From NCBI GenBank assembly GCA_040772485.1, contig JAXGYC010000008.1, positions 320,001 to 384,000 on the forward strand: a DNA stretch of 64,000 bases, given 5' to 3'. The stretch is from Sedimentisphaerales bacterium (lineage in GTDB: Bacteria > Planctomycetota > Phycisphaerae > Sedimentisphaerales > Anaerobacaceae). Of this stretch, positions 8,663 through 20,690 are shown in pieces. Position numbers and translations under genes: made by a program. Position 1 is the first letter of the stretch. The number at the start of each line of letters is the position of its first letter. The notes beneath the pieces were generated by a model. The model saw nothing but the letters and a program-made list of their open reading frames with translations. It had not been told where the DNA came from and ran no database searches.

Positions 8663-10606
8663 ATGAAGGATCGAGTCCAGACGCGCCGCGCGTTTCTCCG
8701 TATGGCAGGTCTGTGCGCCTCGGGTGTCGCGCTATCCGGGTGCGCCCAACCACAGCAACAATCCGCCTCCGGCGTAGCCAATGCAACTCAAGAACGTCCC
8801 AACATCCTCTGGATCACCTGCGAGGACACGAGTCCCTACCTGGGCTGCTATGGCGACCCACACGCGCTGACGCCCAACCTCGACAAGCTGGCGAGCGAAG
8901 GGGCGATCTACACGCAGGCATTCGTCACCGCTCCCGTGTGCAGTCCCGTCCGGTCGTGCCTGATCACGGGCGTCTACGCGACCTCACTCGGCAGCCAGCA
9001 CCTGCGTTCGACGGTGCCGCCGCCGGCGTCGATCGAGCCTTTCCCAAAGTACCTGCGAGCAGCCGGCTACTACTGCTCGAACAACGAGAAGGAAGACTAC
9101 AACTTCAAGGACGCCACGATCTGGGACGAGTCGAGCGGCGCTGCGCACTGGCGCAACCGCCGGCCGGGCCAACCGTTCTTCAGCGTCTTCAACTTCGTCT
9201 CCACCCACCAGGGCCAGATCAACGGCTCCGACGAGGAGTTCTTTGCGAAGTACCGCTCCAAGCTCGCGCCAGAGGAACGTCACGATCCCAACGCGCTCGT
9301 CCTGCCGCCCTACTATCCCGACACGCCGATGGTGCGGAACATCTGGGCCCGCTACTACGACCTCATCACGTTCATGGACAAACAGGTCGGCAACTTGGTC
9401 GCCCAGCTCGACGCCGACGGCCTGGCCGACAGCACAATCGTGTTCTTCTTCGCCGACCATGGCCTGGGCCTGCCCCGGTTCAAGCGCACGCTTTACGACT
9501 CGGGACTGCACGTACCGCTGATCGTGCGCGTTCCGGCGCGCTACCGCTCGCTGGCCCCGGCGTCACCCGGCGGCCGGATCGATCGGCTTGTCAGCACGAT
9601 CGATCTTCCGCCGACCATCCTGACGCTGGCGGGCGTGCCCGTCCCGGACCACATGCAGGGCCGTCCGTTCCTCGGACCGCAGATCGCGCCGCCGCGTGAG
9701 TACATCTACGGCGCATCCAGCCGGGTCGACGAGGCGTACGAGATGTCGCGCTGCGTCCGCGACAAGCGGTACAAGTACATCCGCAACTTTATGCCGCACC
9801 TGCCTTACATCCAGTCCAGCACGTACTGCGACCAGGCACAGATCATGCAGGAGCTGCGTCGCGTGGCCGCATCAGGCTCGCTAACCGGAGCGCAAAGGCC
9901 CCTATGGGAGCCGAGCAAGCCGGTCGAGGAGTTGTACGACACGCAGACCGACCCGCACGAGACGCAGAACCTCGTCGACGCGCCCGCGCATCGCGACGCG
10001 CTGAATCGCCTGCGCCGGGAGCTTCGCGACTGGATGCTGCGAACGAAAGACGTGGGGCTGCTGCCCGAGGCCGAGATGCACATCCGAGCGGCAGGATCGA
10101 CACCGTATGAGGTGGCGCGTGACTCCGGCGCGTATCCACAGGATCGCATCCTGGGTGCTGCCCTGCTCGTCGGCGCCGGGCCGCAGGCGCTGCCCGCTCT
10201 GCGGAGGAATCTGACCGACAAGGACAACGCTGTGCGGTACTGGGCCGCCGTCGGTCTCGATGCGCTCGGCCTGGAGGCGGCGCCGGCACTCGACGCCCTC
10301 GAAAAGGCGCTGGACGATCCGAGCCCGAACGTCCGTTTCGTCTCCGCCGGCGTTCTGTGCCGGTTCGGCCGGGGCGAGCGGGCGCTGGACGTCCTGACGG
10401 AGGGGCTGGACGATCCACGGGAGACGGTCGTCTTGCACGCCGCCCGCACGCTCCAACTCCTGGGTGACAAGGCCCGCCCGGCCGTCGAGTCGATGGAGCG
10501 GGCCCGCAGCCGATACATGAATCCCGACGGCAGCTTCAAGAACAACGACCACGCCATGTTCATCGCCTGGGCGCTGACCAATGCGATGGACCACTGCCAA
10601 CGTTGA
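8663..10606 (+). CDS. Tat-exported sulfatase with C-terminal HEAT repeats
   Basis: TRRAFL signal, PNILWITCED, CSPVR formylglycine motif, ADHG, HEAT-like 'VRYWAA'/'VRFVSA'. Confidence 0.92.
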   Translation: MKDRVQTRRAFLRMAGLCASGVALSGCAQPQQQSASGVANATQERPNILWITCEDTSPYLGCYGDPHALTPNLDKLASEGAIYTQAFVTAPVCSPVRSCLITGVYATSLGSQHLRSTVPPPASIEPFPKYLRAAGYYCSNNEKEDYNFKDATIWDESSGAAHWRNRRPGQPFFSVFNFVSTHQGQINGSDEEFFAKYRSKLAPEERHDPNALVLPPYYPDTPMVRNIWARYYDLITFMDKQVGNLVAQLDADGLADSTIVFFFADHGLGLPRFKRTLYDSGLHVPLIVRVPARYRSLAPASPGGRIDRLVSTIDLPPTILTLAGVPVPDHMQGRPFLGPQIAPPREYIYGASSRVDEAYEMSRCVRDKRYKYIRNFMPHLPYIQSSTYCDQAQIMQELRRVAASGSLTGAQRPLWEPSKPVEELYDTQTDPHETQNLVDAPAHRDALNRLRRELRDWMLRTKDVGLLPEAEMHIRAAGSTPYEVARDSGAYPQDRILGAALLVGAGPQALPALRRNLTDKDNAVRYWAAVGLDALGLEAAPALDALEKALDDPSPNVRFVSAGVLCRFGRGERALDVLTEGLDDPRETVVLHAARTLQLLGDKARPAVESMERARSRYMNPDGSFKNNDHAMFIAWALTNAMDHCQR

Positions 10607-10628
10607 CGGAAAGGGAGTCCTGCAACCC

Positions 10629-12023
10629 ATGAGCCAAGACCTTGACCCGGCCATCCCGCAAACGGGCAGCACATCTTACGTCTTCCTGGTCTGTATCGTC
10701 GCCGCTCTGGGCGGGCTGCTGTTCGGCTACGACACGGGAGTCATCAACGGGGCGATCGGGCCGTTGACCGCGCACTTCGGCCTCAACGACGTACAGCAGG
10801 GCTGGGCCATGGGCTGCGCGCTGCTGGGCTGTGCGCTTGGCGCAATCGGCGCGGGGCCCTTCAGCGACCGCTTCGGGCGCAAGAAGGCTTTGATCGTCTC
10901 GGCGGTCTTGTTCTTCGTCTCGGCGGTTGGGACGGCCGTCCCGCGCACGCTCACGGCGTTCATCCTCTACCGCATCCTCGGCGGTCTTGGCGTCGGGGCG
11001 GCCTCGATGATCTCGCCGATGTACATCGCCGAGATCAGTCCGGCCCGCATGCGCGGACGGATGGTGTCCATCAACCAGTTCGCCATCGTCAGCGGATTTC
11101 TGGTCGTCTACTTCGTGAACTACTTCATCGCACTCCAGGGCGACGCCGGCTGGAACGAGCGGCTCGGCTGGCGCTGGATGTTCGGCTCCGAGTCCCTGCC
11201 GGCCCTCGGATTGCTGATCCTGGCGCTGGTGGTCCCGGAAAGCCCGCGGTGGCTCACCAAGCAGGGCCGCACCGACGAGGCCCTGCACATCCTCGGCCGG
11301 GTGGATGGCGCCGCCTATGCCAAGGCGGAACTGGCGGAAATCAAGGATACCCTGAAGCATGAGAGCGGTTCGCTGAGACAACTCTTCCAGCCGGGCATGA
11401 GGATCATTCTCGTGATCGGGATCGTCCTGGCGGTGCTCCAGCAAGTCACGGGGATCAACGTCTTTCTGTACTTCGGGACCGAGATCTTCAAGAAGATGGG
11501 CTCGCAGACCGATGCGGCCCTGCTGCAAACGGTCGTCGTCGGCGTGGTGAACCTGACGTTCACCGTGATCGCCATCTGGACCGTGGATAAACTGGGTCGC
11601 AAACCGCTGATGCTGATCGGCTCGGCGGGGATGGGCCTGTGCCTGATCGCGATGGGCCTGGCCGCCTATCGTCAGGCGACCGGGCTTTGGATGCTGTTGT
11701 TCATCCTCGGCTACATCGCCTGCTTCGCCCTGAGCGTCGGACCGGTCACGTGGGTGATCCTCTCGGAGATCTTCCCCACGCGGATTCGCGGCCGGGCCAT
11801 GGCCGTCGCCACGGTCTGCCTCTGGATCGCCAACTACCTCGTCTCGCAGACCTTCCCGATGATGGACCAGAACCCCTGGCTGGTCGCCACCTTCCATCGG
11901 GGTTTCCCCTTCTGGCTTTACGGCGCCTTCTGCATCGTGCTGTTCCTGTTCGTCCGCGCGTTTGTGCCCGAAACGAAGGGCAGGACGCTGGAACAGATCG
12001 AGCGCCGGTGGATGCAATCCTGA
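10629..12023 (+). CDS. Sugar porter family MFS transporter (XylE/AraE-like)
   Basis: GGLLFGYDTG, DRFGRK, PESPRWL, QQVTGIN, DKLGRK, PETKG. Confidence 0.95.
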   Translation: MSQDLDPAIPQTGSTSYVFLVCIVAALGGLLFGYDTGVINGAIGPLTAHFGLNDVQQGWAMGCALLGCALGAIGAGPFSDRFGRKKALIVSAVLFFVSAVGTAVPRTLTAFILYRILGGLGVGAASMISPMYIAEISPARMRGRMVSINQFAIVSGFLVVYFVNYFIALQGDAGWNERLGWRWMFGSESLPALGLLILALVVPESPRWLTKQGRTDEALHILGRVDGAAYAKAELAEIKDTLKHESGSLRQLFQPGMRIILVIGIVLAVLQQVTGINVFLYFGTEIFKKMGSQTDAALLQTVVVGVVNLTFTVIAIWTVDKLGRKPLMLIGSAGMGLCLIAMGLAAYRQATGLWMLLFILGYIACFALSVGPVTWVILSEIFPTRIRGRAMAVATVCLWIANYLVSQTFPMMDQNPWLVATFHRGFPFWLYGAFCIVLFLFVRAFVPETKGRTLEQIERRWMQS

Positions 12024-12065
12024 AGACCGGTTCCTCCAGCGCGCAGCACCGCAAAGGCATGAGAT

Positions 12066-12147
12066 TCAAAGAAGCCCCTGCGCGGCGGAGGGAGAGGAAA
12101 AGCGAGATAACACGCAGGGGCTTGAGGGCACATCCTGCTACTTCACT
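12066..12147 (-). ncRNA. Candidate ~80-nt sRNA with C/U-rich loop and terminator-like tail
   Basis: Minus-strand TTTACC-17-TATATT promoter (12182-12154); 13-bp stem 12123-12072 with CCUCUCCCUCC loop followed by UUCUUU. Confidence 0.35.
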
Positions 12148-12307
12148 ACCGAGAATATACCCTTTGTCGCGCATCCGGTAAAGAGAAATTTCCTGGGAAT
12201 TTTCGTCGTTTCTGTACAGATTACGCGGCGTCGGCATTCCTGAGCCATGGAAGCGTTTGGGTGGCAGCCGCTTGAACGGACCGGCTTTCGTGGTATCCTA
12301 TGCGGCG

Positions 12308-12733
12308 ATGGAAAAGGAAATGCCCAGGCATATGGCCCTGTCGACTCACACGATCCCTATCGTGCCCCGCTACGCGGAGACCGACCGGGGCGGCGTGGTC
12401 CACCACAGCGTCTTCCCCATCTGGTTCGAGATGGGCCGGACCGAACTGCTCCGCGCCAACGGGGTCGCCTACAGGGACCTGGAAGAGGCCGGGATCTTCT
12501 TCGTTGTGGCCGAACTGCGCATAAAATACCGCCGGCCCGCGTTCTACGACGAGGCCCTGCTGCTGGAGACGACTTGTTCGCGCGTTGCGGCCGTCAAGGT
12601 CGAGCACACCTACCGGCTCCTGCGGCGCGACAGCGGCTTGCTTCTGACGGAGGGCTCCAGCGTTCTGGCCTGCCTCGACGCGGAACGCAAGATTCGTCGC
12701 ATCCCGGAATTTATGTACCCCCAGGAGGTCTGA
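12308..12733 (+). CDS. Acyl-CoA thioesterase (YbgC/4HBT family)
   Basis: RYAETDRGGVVHH...WFEMGRTE motif; start could be 12308, 12320 or 12332. Confidence 0.88.
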   Translation: MEKEMPRHMALSTHTIPIVPRYAETDRGGVVHHSVFPIWFEMGRTELLRANGVAYRDLEEAGIFFVVAELRIKYRRPAFYDEALLLETTCSRVAAVKVEHTYRLLRRDSGLLLTEGSSVLACLDAERKIRRIPEFMYPQEV

Positions 12734-12801
12734 CGGGGCAGGCACTTTGAGCGTTAAGCCTTTGGCTAACCGACCGAGCATTTGACTCAAGGAGATGGAG
12801 A

Positions 12802-14280
12802 ATGAGGTGGTTCTGGTCGCGCGTAGTGGTGTTGTCGTTGATCCTGTTTGCCTTCCTGACGGGTCCCGTGACGGCGGCGTTGCCGGTGTACGTCACCTTC
12901 TGGTTCGACACGGAGGACTTCATCCTGCCGGAGGCCGACGACGCGGCGATGCGGCTGGCAGAGATGTTCGCAGCCCGCAACGTCCAGGCCACGTTCAAGA
13001 TCGTCGGCGAGAAGGCCCGGGTCCTGGAGGAGCGAGGACGGGACGACGTGATCGCGGCACTGGCGAAGAACGACATCGCCTATCATTCTACGTACCACAG
13101 CGTACACCCGACGCCGTCGGAATACTGCCGGGACCTGACCTGGCAGGAAGGGGTCTCGGAGTTCACGCGGCGAGAGGGGACCGGACTGCGCACGCTGCGG
13201 AAGGTCTTCGGCGTCAACGCTTCCTGCTATGGGCAGCCGGGAGGATCGTGGACGCCGCAGAGCTATGCCGCTCTCCACGCCTTTGACATCCCGCTCTATC
13301 TCGACGAGACCTCGCACGTCAACGTGGACAACCGGCCCTTCTGGTATTGCGGCGTCCTGAACATCCTGAGGTTGGGCGACGCCGTCATACGGACCGGCTG
13401 GACCGACCAAGAGGTCCGGCAGGCCTGCGAGAAGTTCGATCGCGTCCACAAGAAGCTGCTCGGCGAAGGCGGCGGCATCATAAGCATCTACTACCATCCG
13501 TGCGAATTCGTCCATACGCAGTTCTGGGACGGCGTCAACTTTGCCCGCGGCGCCAATCCGCCCCGCTCGCAGTGGAAGCGGCCGCCCATGAAATCGCCGC
13601 AGGAACAGAAACAGGCCTTCGACGCGTTCGAGGCGTTCCTCGACCACATCATCCGCCACGACCGGACCCGCCTCGTGACCGCGCGGGAGATCCCATCGCT
13701 GTATCCCGACCGCATCTACTCCCGCCCGCTGACGCGACGCGATGTTCAAATGATCGCGGAGGCCTTCCGCAAAGAGCTTTCCTATGTCGATCTGGATGGG
13801 AAGATCGCCTCGGCGGGCGAAGGCCTGCTGGCACTGGCCCAGACCGTCGCCAAATCCGATGGCGAGTCCAAACCAGGCGACATCACGCTGGAATTCGTCT
13901 ACGGTCCGGCTTCGGCGCCGCAGCGATTCGTTACGGAGGGCACGTATTCCTCTGAGGCCATCCACGAAGCGGCCCAGGAATTGCTCGATATCGTGCAGCA
14001 GACCGGGCAAATGCCTTCCGTGATCTGGGTGGCGGGCGAGCCGGTGCGTCCCGAAGACTTCGCCGTGACGCTGGCAAACGTGGTGGCGTCCGGCGGACTG
14101 TCGGGCGATGTTGCATTGCGTCGCGGCGAACTGGTTGCGAAGAAGCACGTTGCCGACGATTCGCCCGGCCTGTGGGGATGGGTGATCTTCCCCGAAGGCT
14201 TCCGCGCCCCGCACATGATGGAGGTCGCCAAGCTCCAGGCCTGGACGATCAAGCCCGCCGTCTTGCGCAGGCCGCAGTAA
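12802..14280 (+). CDS. Secreted polysaccharide-deacetylase-like (CE4/NodB-type barrel) protein
   Basis: Signal peptide; TFWFDTED, IAYHSTYHS, YYHPCEF. Confidence 0.65.
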   Translation: MRWFWSRVVVLSLILFAFLTGPVTAALPVYVTFWFDTEDFILPEADDAAMRLAEMFAARNVQATFKIVGEKARVLEERGRDDVIAALAKNDIAYHSTYHSVHPTPSEYCRDLTWQEGVSEFTRREGTGLRTLRKVFGVNASCYGQPGGSWTPQSYAALHAFDIPLYLDETSHVNVDNRPFWYCGVLNILRLGDAVIRTGWTDQEVRQACEKFDRVHKKLLGEGGGIISIYYHPCEFVHTQFWDGVNFARGANPPRSQWKRPPMKSPQEQKQAFDAFEAFLDHIIRHDRTRLVTAREIPSLYPDRIYSRPLTRRDVQMIAEAFRKELSYVDLDGKIASAGEGLLALAQTVAKSDGESKPGDITLEFVYGPASAPQRFVTEGTYSSEAIHEAAQELLDIVQQTGQMPSVIWVAGEPVRPEDFAVTLANVVASGGLSGDVALRRGELVAKKHVADDSPGLWGWVIFPEGFRAPHMMEVAKLQAWTIKPAVLRRPQ

Positions 14281-14283
14281 AGC

Positions 14284-14315
14284 GTGGGGGCGAATCGTTA
14301 TTCGCCCCTACGAAC
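14284..14315 (-). repeat. GTAG REP overlapping the stop codon of the upstream minus-strand gene
   Basis: gggggcgaatcgttattcgcccctacgaac. Confidence 0.8.
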
Positions 14316-14679
14316 GGCCGGTACCCAGCGATGCGGACAGTTCCGCGATGCGCAGTTCGAGGCGCTTGACCTCGCGCTTGATGCTGTTCCTCGCGATCAT
14401 CTGCCAGGCGAAGACCTTCATCAGGCCGACGAACTGCACGAGGCAGATAAAGAGGGCCGCATATAGGATCTGGTCCTTGGTCTGGTCGGCGTCGAAGAAC
14501 TTGACCGCACTGTAGACGGCGCCGGCCATGAAGGCGATGCCCCAGACCCAGACGAGGATCGCGGTCGAGAGCATCTTGCGGCTGTAGAAGTCGCTGAGCA
14601 TCGAGCAAAGGCTGTCCTCCTTCGAGTCTTCGTAGTCCTGCGGTCCGTCGATGATCTTTCTGATCTGCTCGTCGTTCAT
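14308..14679 (-). CDS. Small 2-TM membrane protein (DUF6768-like), probable anti-sigma partner
   Basis: Two TM helices; C-terminal 'KREVKRLELRIAEL'; directly downstream of an ECF sigma. Confidence 0.75.
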   Translation of the reverse strand: MNDEQIRKIIDGPQDYEDSKEDSLCSMLSDFYSRKMLSTAILVWVWGIAFMAGAVYSAVKFFDADQTKDQILYAALFICLVQFVGLMKVFAWQMIARNSIKREVKRLELRIAELSASLGTGRS

Positions 14680-14697
14680 GGTGGTTCTCCTTGCAGG

Positions 14698-15237
14698 CTA
14701 TCCTGCGGACTGTTGCCAAATCTCTTTGAACTCGTTTCTGGCGTGATACAGTCGCGACTTGACCGTCCCGGCCGGAACCTTCAGCACCGCGGCGACCTCG
14801 GCCAGGCCAAGCCCTTCGAGGTAGTACAGGGTCAGCACCACCCGGCTGCGGGCCGGCAACTGACGCAGGATGCCCTGGAGGTCGGCCGAGACATCCACGT
14901 CTGTCGGCCCGTCCGCCGATACGAGACGCACAACAGGCGGCGGCGTTCGAGCCTCAGCCGCAGACCGGATCCAGTCGTTGGCCTTGTTCGTCACAATGCG
15001 ATAGAGCCAGGGTCGCAGCCGGGCCGGGTCGTTCAGCCTGCGAATCCCACGCACCACGCCCAGCCAGCTCTCCTGCGTGACGTCCCACGCGGCCTCGGAA
15101 CTGCCCGTCAGACGACGGGCGTACTGCCAGAGCCGTTTCTGCCAGCGACTGACCAGCGCCTCGAAGGCCCTGGCGTTGCCGCTCTGGGCCTCCATCACCA
15201 GCAGCTCGTCGACGAGTTGTCCGGCTGTATCACGCAT
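14698..15237 (-). CDS. ECF RNA polymerase sigma-70 factor
   Basis: AFEALV, AWDVTQESW, WLYRIVTN, GTVKSRLYHAR. Confidence 0.93.
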   Translation of the reverse strand: MRDTAGQLVDELLVMEAQSGNARAFEALVSRWQKRLWQYARRLTGSSEAAWDVTQESWLGVVRGIRRLNDPARLRPWLYRIVTNKANDWIRSAAEARTPPPVVRLVSADGPTDVDVSADLQGILRQLPARSRVVLTLYYLEGLGLAEVAAVLKVPAGTVKSRLYHARNEFKEIWQQSAG

Positions 15238-15353
15238 GTTCACATATCCAGTCCCCGCGGCAGACGCCGCGGTTCATCATTCTGCGAGGATTGCCCCAAA
15301 AAGTCTACCACCGGCCCCGCAGGCGGGGCGGGTGTGGAAACACCCGGGCATGC

Positions 15354-15448
15354 GTGTGGCAGCGGCAAGCGCAGGCTTGCCGATGGTGATACGCATGTAG
15401 TCGAAGCCATCGGCAAACTCCGCCTTGCTCCGTTTGCCGCTGCCACAC
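15354..15448. repeat. Inverted doublet of GTGGCAGC...GATGG repeat family
   Basis: gtgtggcagcggcaag…cttgccgatgg / ccatcggcaaac…gtttgccgctgccacac. Confidence 0.7.
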
Positions 15449-15579
15449 ATGGCTCTCTATATACTGGAACTGGGCCTTGCCGTGAAATTCGCACAGCCCG
15501 CAGGCGGGCATCCGGGCAGGTTTTTGGCATTTGGGCTTGTCTTTGGGCCGGTTTTCCGTAGAATCAGACTGCTGCTGCC

Positions 15580-15667
15580 GGAGAGGTGTCGGAGCGGCTG
15601 ATCGAGCAGCCTTGGAAAGGCTGTGTAGGGCTTGTCCCTACCGCGGGTTCGAATCCCGCCCTCTCCG
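15580..15667 (+). tRNA. tRNA-Ser(GGA)
   Basis: GGAGAGG/CCTCTCC acceptor, CAGCC-TTGGAAA-GGCTG anticodon arm, long variable arm, GGTTCGAATCC. Confidence 0.96.
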
Positions 15668-15758
15668 TTCGTTTCTAGCCTTCGGGGCGCCGTTTGGCAG
15701 GGATGGGCAGCGACGCGTAGACAAGCTTGCTGTGCGCCCGCGACAAGGAGAGCAGGAC

Positions 15759-17506
<1,748 letters not shown>

Positions 17507-17507
17507 T

Positions 17508-18056
17508 GTGAGACTGCTCGGATTCCTGATGGTGACGGTCGGCTTCATCGCCGCGGCGCTGGCGGCGGTGATCGATGAGAGCACGGTGAAATGGCTGTGG
17601 TATCTGCCGGCGCTGGCGCTGGGGATCGCGGGAGTCGTCGTGATCCGCACCCACGTCGCCCGCCACACCAAGGCGGACCACCACGTTGCGGCCAACATCG
17701 AGACCATCGAGGCGAGCCTGGGCAGGATTGCGGCCAACATCGGCACGCTCGACGCCCAGAAGCACTCCATCGACACGTACGACGTGCGCCACCGGATCGA
17801 CGAGCTGTTCACCGACGACCTGGAGACATTCGTGGACGCCCGGCAGAGCATCGCACATCGCTACGGCCTGGCCGCCTACGCCGAGGTAATGACCGCCTTC
17901 GCCGGGGGCGAGCGATATCTCAACCGCGTCTGGTCCGCCTCCGCCGACGGCTACATCGACGAGGTCCACGAATACCTCGCCAAGGCCAAGGACCAGTTCG
18001 CCGAAACCCTCACCCTCCTCCGCCGCCTGCAAACCCCCTCCGACGTTCGTTCGTAG
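17508..18056 (+). CDS. Hypothetical membrane protein (2 N-terminal TMs, helical C-domain), downstream of the OPT gene
   Basis: GGAGG RBS, GTG start 1 nt after OPT stop; typical codon usage. Confidence 0.8.
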   Translation: MRLLGFLMVTVGFIAAALAAVIDESTVKWLWYLPALALGIAGVVVIRTHVARHTKADHHVAANIETIEASLGRIAANIGTLDAQKHSIDTYDVRHRIDELFTDDLETFVDARQSIAHRYGLAAYAEVMTAFAGGERYLNRVWSASADGYIDEVHEYLAKAKDQFAETLTLLRRLQTPSDVRS

Positions 18057-18157
18057 TGGTCCCGATCCACGTCGAGATGAGACGCTACTTGAAACCCGTG
18101 CATACTCTTACGAGCACACCAAAAGAACGGGCAAGCTCTTGCGGGCACACGGCGAAC
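18046..18157. repeat. REP cluster (GTTCGTAGTGG start; inverted TGTGCTCGTAAGAG copies)
   Basis: gttcgtagtgg…catactcttacgagcacac…ctcttgcgggcacacggcgaac. Confidence 0.7.
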
Positions 18158-18238
18158 AGCGCATTGCCCTTGCGTGGCTCCCCGCCGGTGTAGTACCATG
18201 GCAGGAAGAGAGTCGCTCACTGTAATGGGAGTTCACTG

Positions 18239-18568
18239 ATGGTCGCAACGCGACAACAGGCGATGGGAGTTGCGGTCAGGGCCCGGCAGGGCTTGGAGCA
18301 ACTGTACGGCCCCCGCCTTCGTGGGGTGTATCTCTATGGCTCCGCCGCACGCGATGAGCTGACATCCGACAGCGACATCGATATCGCGGTGATTCTCGAT
18401 GAGATCCCCAACCGCTCCGCCGAGCACAAACGCACCAGCCGGCTCGGCGCCGACCTGAGCCTTGAATTCGGCACGGTCGTCCTCTTCTTCTTTGCCGAAG
18501 AAAAGGACTTCGCCGCCGGACGTTTCGCCATCCACAGAGCTATCCGAGACGAGGGCATCGCCGCGTGA
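18239..18568 (+). CDS. Minimal nucleotidyltransferase (MNT) antitoxin-like protein
   Basis: LYGSAAR...SDIDI motif. Confidence 0.9.
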   Translation: MVATRQQAMGVAVRARQGLEQLYGPRLRGVYLYGSAARDELTSDSDIDIAVILDEIPNRSAEHKRTSRLGADLSLEFGTVVLFFFAEEKDFAAGRFAIHRAIRDEGIAA

Positions 18569-18939
18569 CCGAGGAAATTCAACGCCATCTAGCGCAAGCC
18601 GCCGAATGTATCGAGGACGCTCAGGTTCTTCTCGATCACGACCGTTTTGCCGCGGTGGTCACACGAACCTATTATGCGATGTTCCACGCGGCGACCGCCG
18701 CGCTGCTGCTCCACGACGTTCGGCGCAGTTCTCATCATGGCCTGCTATCAGCCTTTGCGGAGCACTTCGTCAAGACCGGACGAATAGCCCGTGAGTCCCT
18801 CGAGCATCCCCGAGAGACATTCGAGCATCGCCAGCAAACCGATTACGAACCCCTGGTGAACGTAGACCGGCAGGTCGCAAGGGAAACGCTCGATCGCGCC
18901 GTCAACTTCATCGACGCGTGCAGAGGGCTTCTGGATTGA
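18565..18939 (+). CDS. HEPN domain protein (MNT-HEPN pair)
   Basis: YYAMFHA, SHHG, R-QQT-DY; overlaps MNT by GTGA. Confidence 0.9.
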   Translation: MTEEIQRHLAQAAECIEDAQVLLDHDRFAAVVTRTYYAMFHAATAALLLHDVRRSSHHGLLSAFAEHFVKTGRIARESLEHPRETFEHRQQTDYEPLVNVDRQVARETLDRAVNFIDACRGLLD

Positions 18940-19025
18940 CCTGGACCGATGGCTGCATCGGCTGAGCGTAGCATCCTCAAACGCCTTGACGTTCGGCGAT
19001 GGCTATTCGCACGCATCTGGTGTCA

Positions 19026-19049
19026 GGGCGAGGCATGCCTCGTCCCTAC
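19026..19049 (-). repeat. GTAG REP
   Basis: gggcgaggcatgcctcgtccctac. Confidence 0.8.
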
Positions 19050-19086
19050 CCTTTGGCTGTGGGTGAAACGATAGGGATTGCGCGGG

Positions 19087-20343
19087 TTAGCGGGCGTGGC
19101 GGTGGAACTCGGGGGCTTCTTTGAGGCAGGTGCCGAGGATGCGCATGGACTTGGCGGCGGCGGTGATGCCGCAGCGTTGGACGTCGAGCGGCTCATCGCC
19201 GACTTCGGGGTAGCCTTTGTCATCAGGGGTGAGCTTCTCCCAGTTCTGAAAGAGGCGCGCCCAGTCGCTGTTGGCGATCCGGTTCATCACCCGTTTGGCC
19301 TTGAACGAGTACCAGAAGCTGTCGTGGTAGAGCACGCTGGCCAGGTACGACCAGGGCGCAAGCACGGTCTTGAGCGACCACTCGACGGGCTTCTTGAGCG
19401 GACCCCAGTAGATCAGGTGCTGCATCTTCGCAGCGAAAGTCATTTTCTTGAAAGGACCTTCGAAATGCCAGTTCTCCTGTGCGGCGTCGAGGTCTCCGAC
19501 GATCTCGATCCGGCCCGGGTCGCCGCAGCCAAGCCCCATGTCGTGGGCCAGCCTGATGTACTTGAGGTCGCGCAGCGGGTCCATGCCCATCATCTTCGCG
19601 GCCGCCGCATCGATCGCGACCTGGTCAGCGCCGGCCAGCAGCACGTTCTTGACGTGCGGGACCATGCAGCGCGGGCCGGGCCCGTCGCCCGCAAACGTCC
19701 CGTCCATCACCGCGAAGACGCCGCGATGGATCTTCTTCTGGACCATCAGCAGATCGACGAGCGTCTCGTGGATCACAGGATGCGTCCAATGCCGCTTCTC
19801 GTTCAGCAGCCCGCCGAAAGCGTTCTTCATCGCGCCCGTCGTCGTGGTGAAGACGTGCGTCTTCACCGTCGGCAGATGGATGATGTTCTCACCGATGAAG
19901 CGCTTGGGTATGCGGAACCCCTTGGGGTAGACCTCGTTGAGGCAGAGGAATTTGTCGGCCAGGTCGCCCACCGCGTCCCGGATGTGAATCCACTCCTGGC
20001 CCTCGTACAGGTGCACGTTCCGCAGTCCGTGGGCGTCGGTTACGTTGATCTGCTTGTTCTCGCGCTCGCCCAGGTGGGCGTCGATCACGACGGTGCGATT
20101 GTGGCAGCCGTGAATGAGGTTGGGGTCGTAGCCGTCCCGTTTCATCGCCCGGATTACGCCTTCGAGCTGCCAGGGGGTGGTCGAGCTGCCCGGGAAGAAG
20201 AAGTGCCACGAGATGTTGATCTTCAGGGCGGTGTCGGCGTCCCTGGCGATCACGTCCTGGTAGCCGGCCAGGTTCATCAGCCGGTGGTAGTCCTCCAGAA
20301 CCGTTCTCGGGCTGGTGCGGACGACGGCGACTTTGGCGTTCAT
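19087..20343 (-). CDS. DUF362 domain protein
   Basis: LKINISW, LPTVKTH...TTGAMKNAFG, DGTFAGDGPGP, DQVAIDA. Confidence 0.85.
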   Translation of the reverse strand: MNAKVAVVRTSPRTVLEDYHRLMNLAGYQDVIARDADTALKINISWHFFFPGSSTTPWQLEGVIRAMKRDGYDPNLIHGCHNRTVVIDAHLGERENKQINVTDAHGLRNVHLYEGQEWIHIRDAVGDLADKFLCLNEVYPKGFRIPKRFIGENIIHLPTVKTHVFTTTTGAMKNAFGGLLNEKRHWTHPVIHETLVDLLMVQKKIHRGVFAVMDGTFAGDGPGPRCMVPHVKNVLLAGADQVAIDAAAAKMMGMDPLRDLKYIRLAHDMGLGCGDPGRIEIVGDLDAAQENWHFEGPFKKMTFAAKMQHLIYWGPLKKPVEWSLKTVLAPWSYLASVLYHDSFWYSFKAKRVMNRIANSDWARLFQNWEKLTPDDKGYPEVGDEPLDVQRCGITAAAKSMRILGTCLKEAPEFHRHAR

Positions 20344-20690
20344 CGGTGCCTCACGTCTCTATGAGAAGCGTGCTGCCGCGCGGATTCAGGTCCTGTTCTC
20401 GGCGGGCTTCTTGACGAGCTTGTTCACACAATGGGCGCTGCCCTTTGGCAGTCGCGACTTCTCCAGATATCGTTCGAATTGTAGGACAAGTCCAGCGGAA
20501 ATGCAAACCGGATGTCCGCAACGCGCCGGGCCTTGCGGATCGTGACCTGCGGCGTCGCTTCTGCCATTACCTGCTTGCGATCGGCGATCCTCGGCCACAT
20601 AATGCACCCGAACTGGACCCGACGGCGCAAACCGACTGCGAGGTGACCAAGCTCGGACCACAGAACAGAAGCGACAAAGGAAACACAGCT

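Noticed and set aside
20345..20690. Short ORFs between DUF362 and the small coiled-coil gene
   Set aside because: No RBS, motif or codon-bias support.
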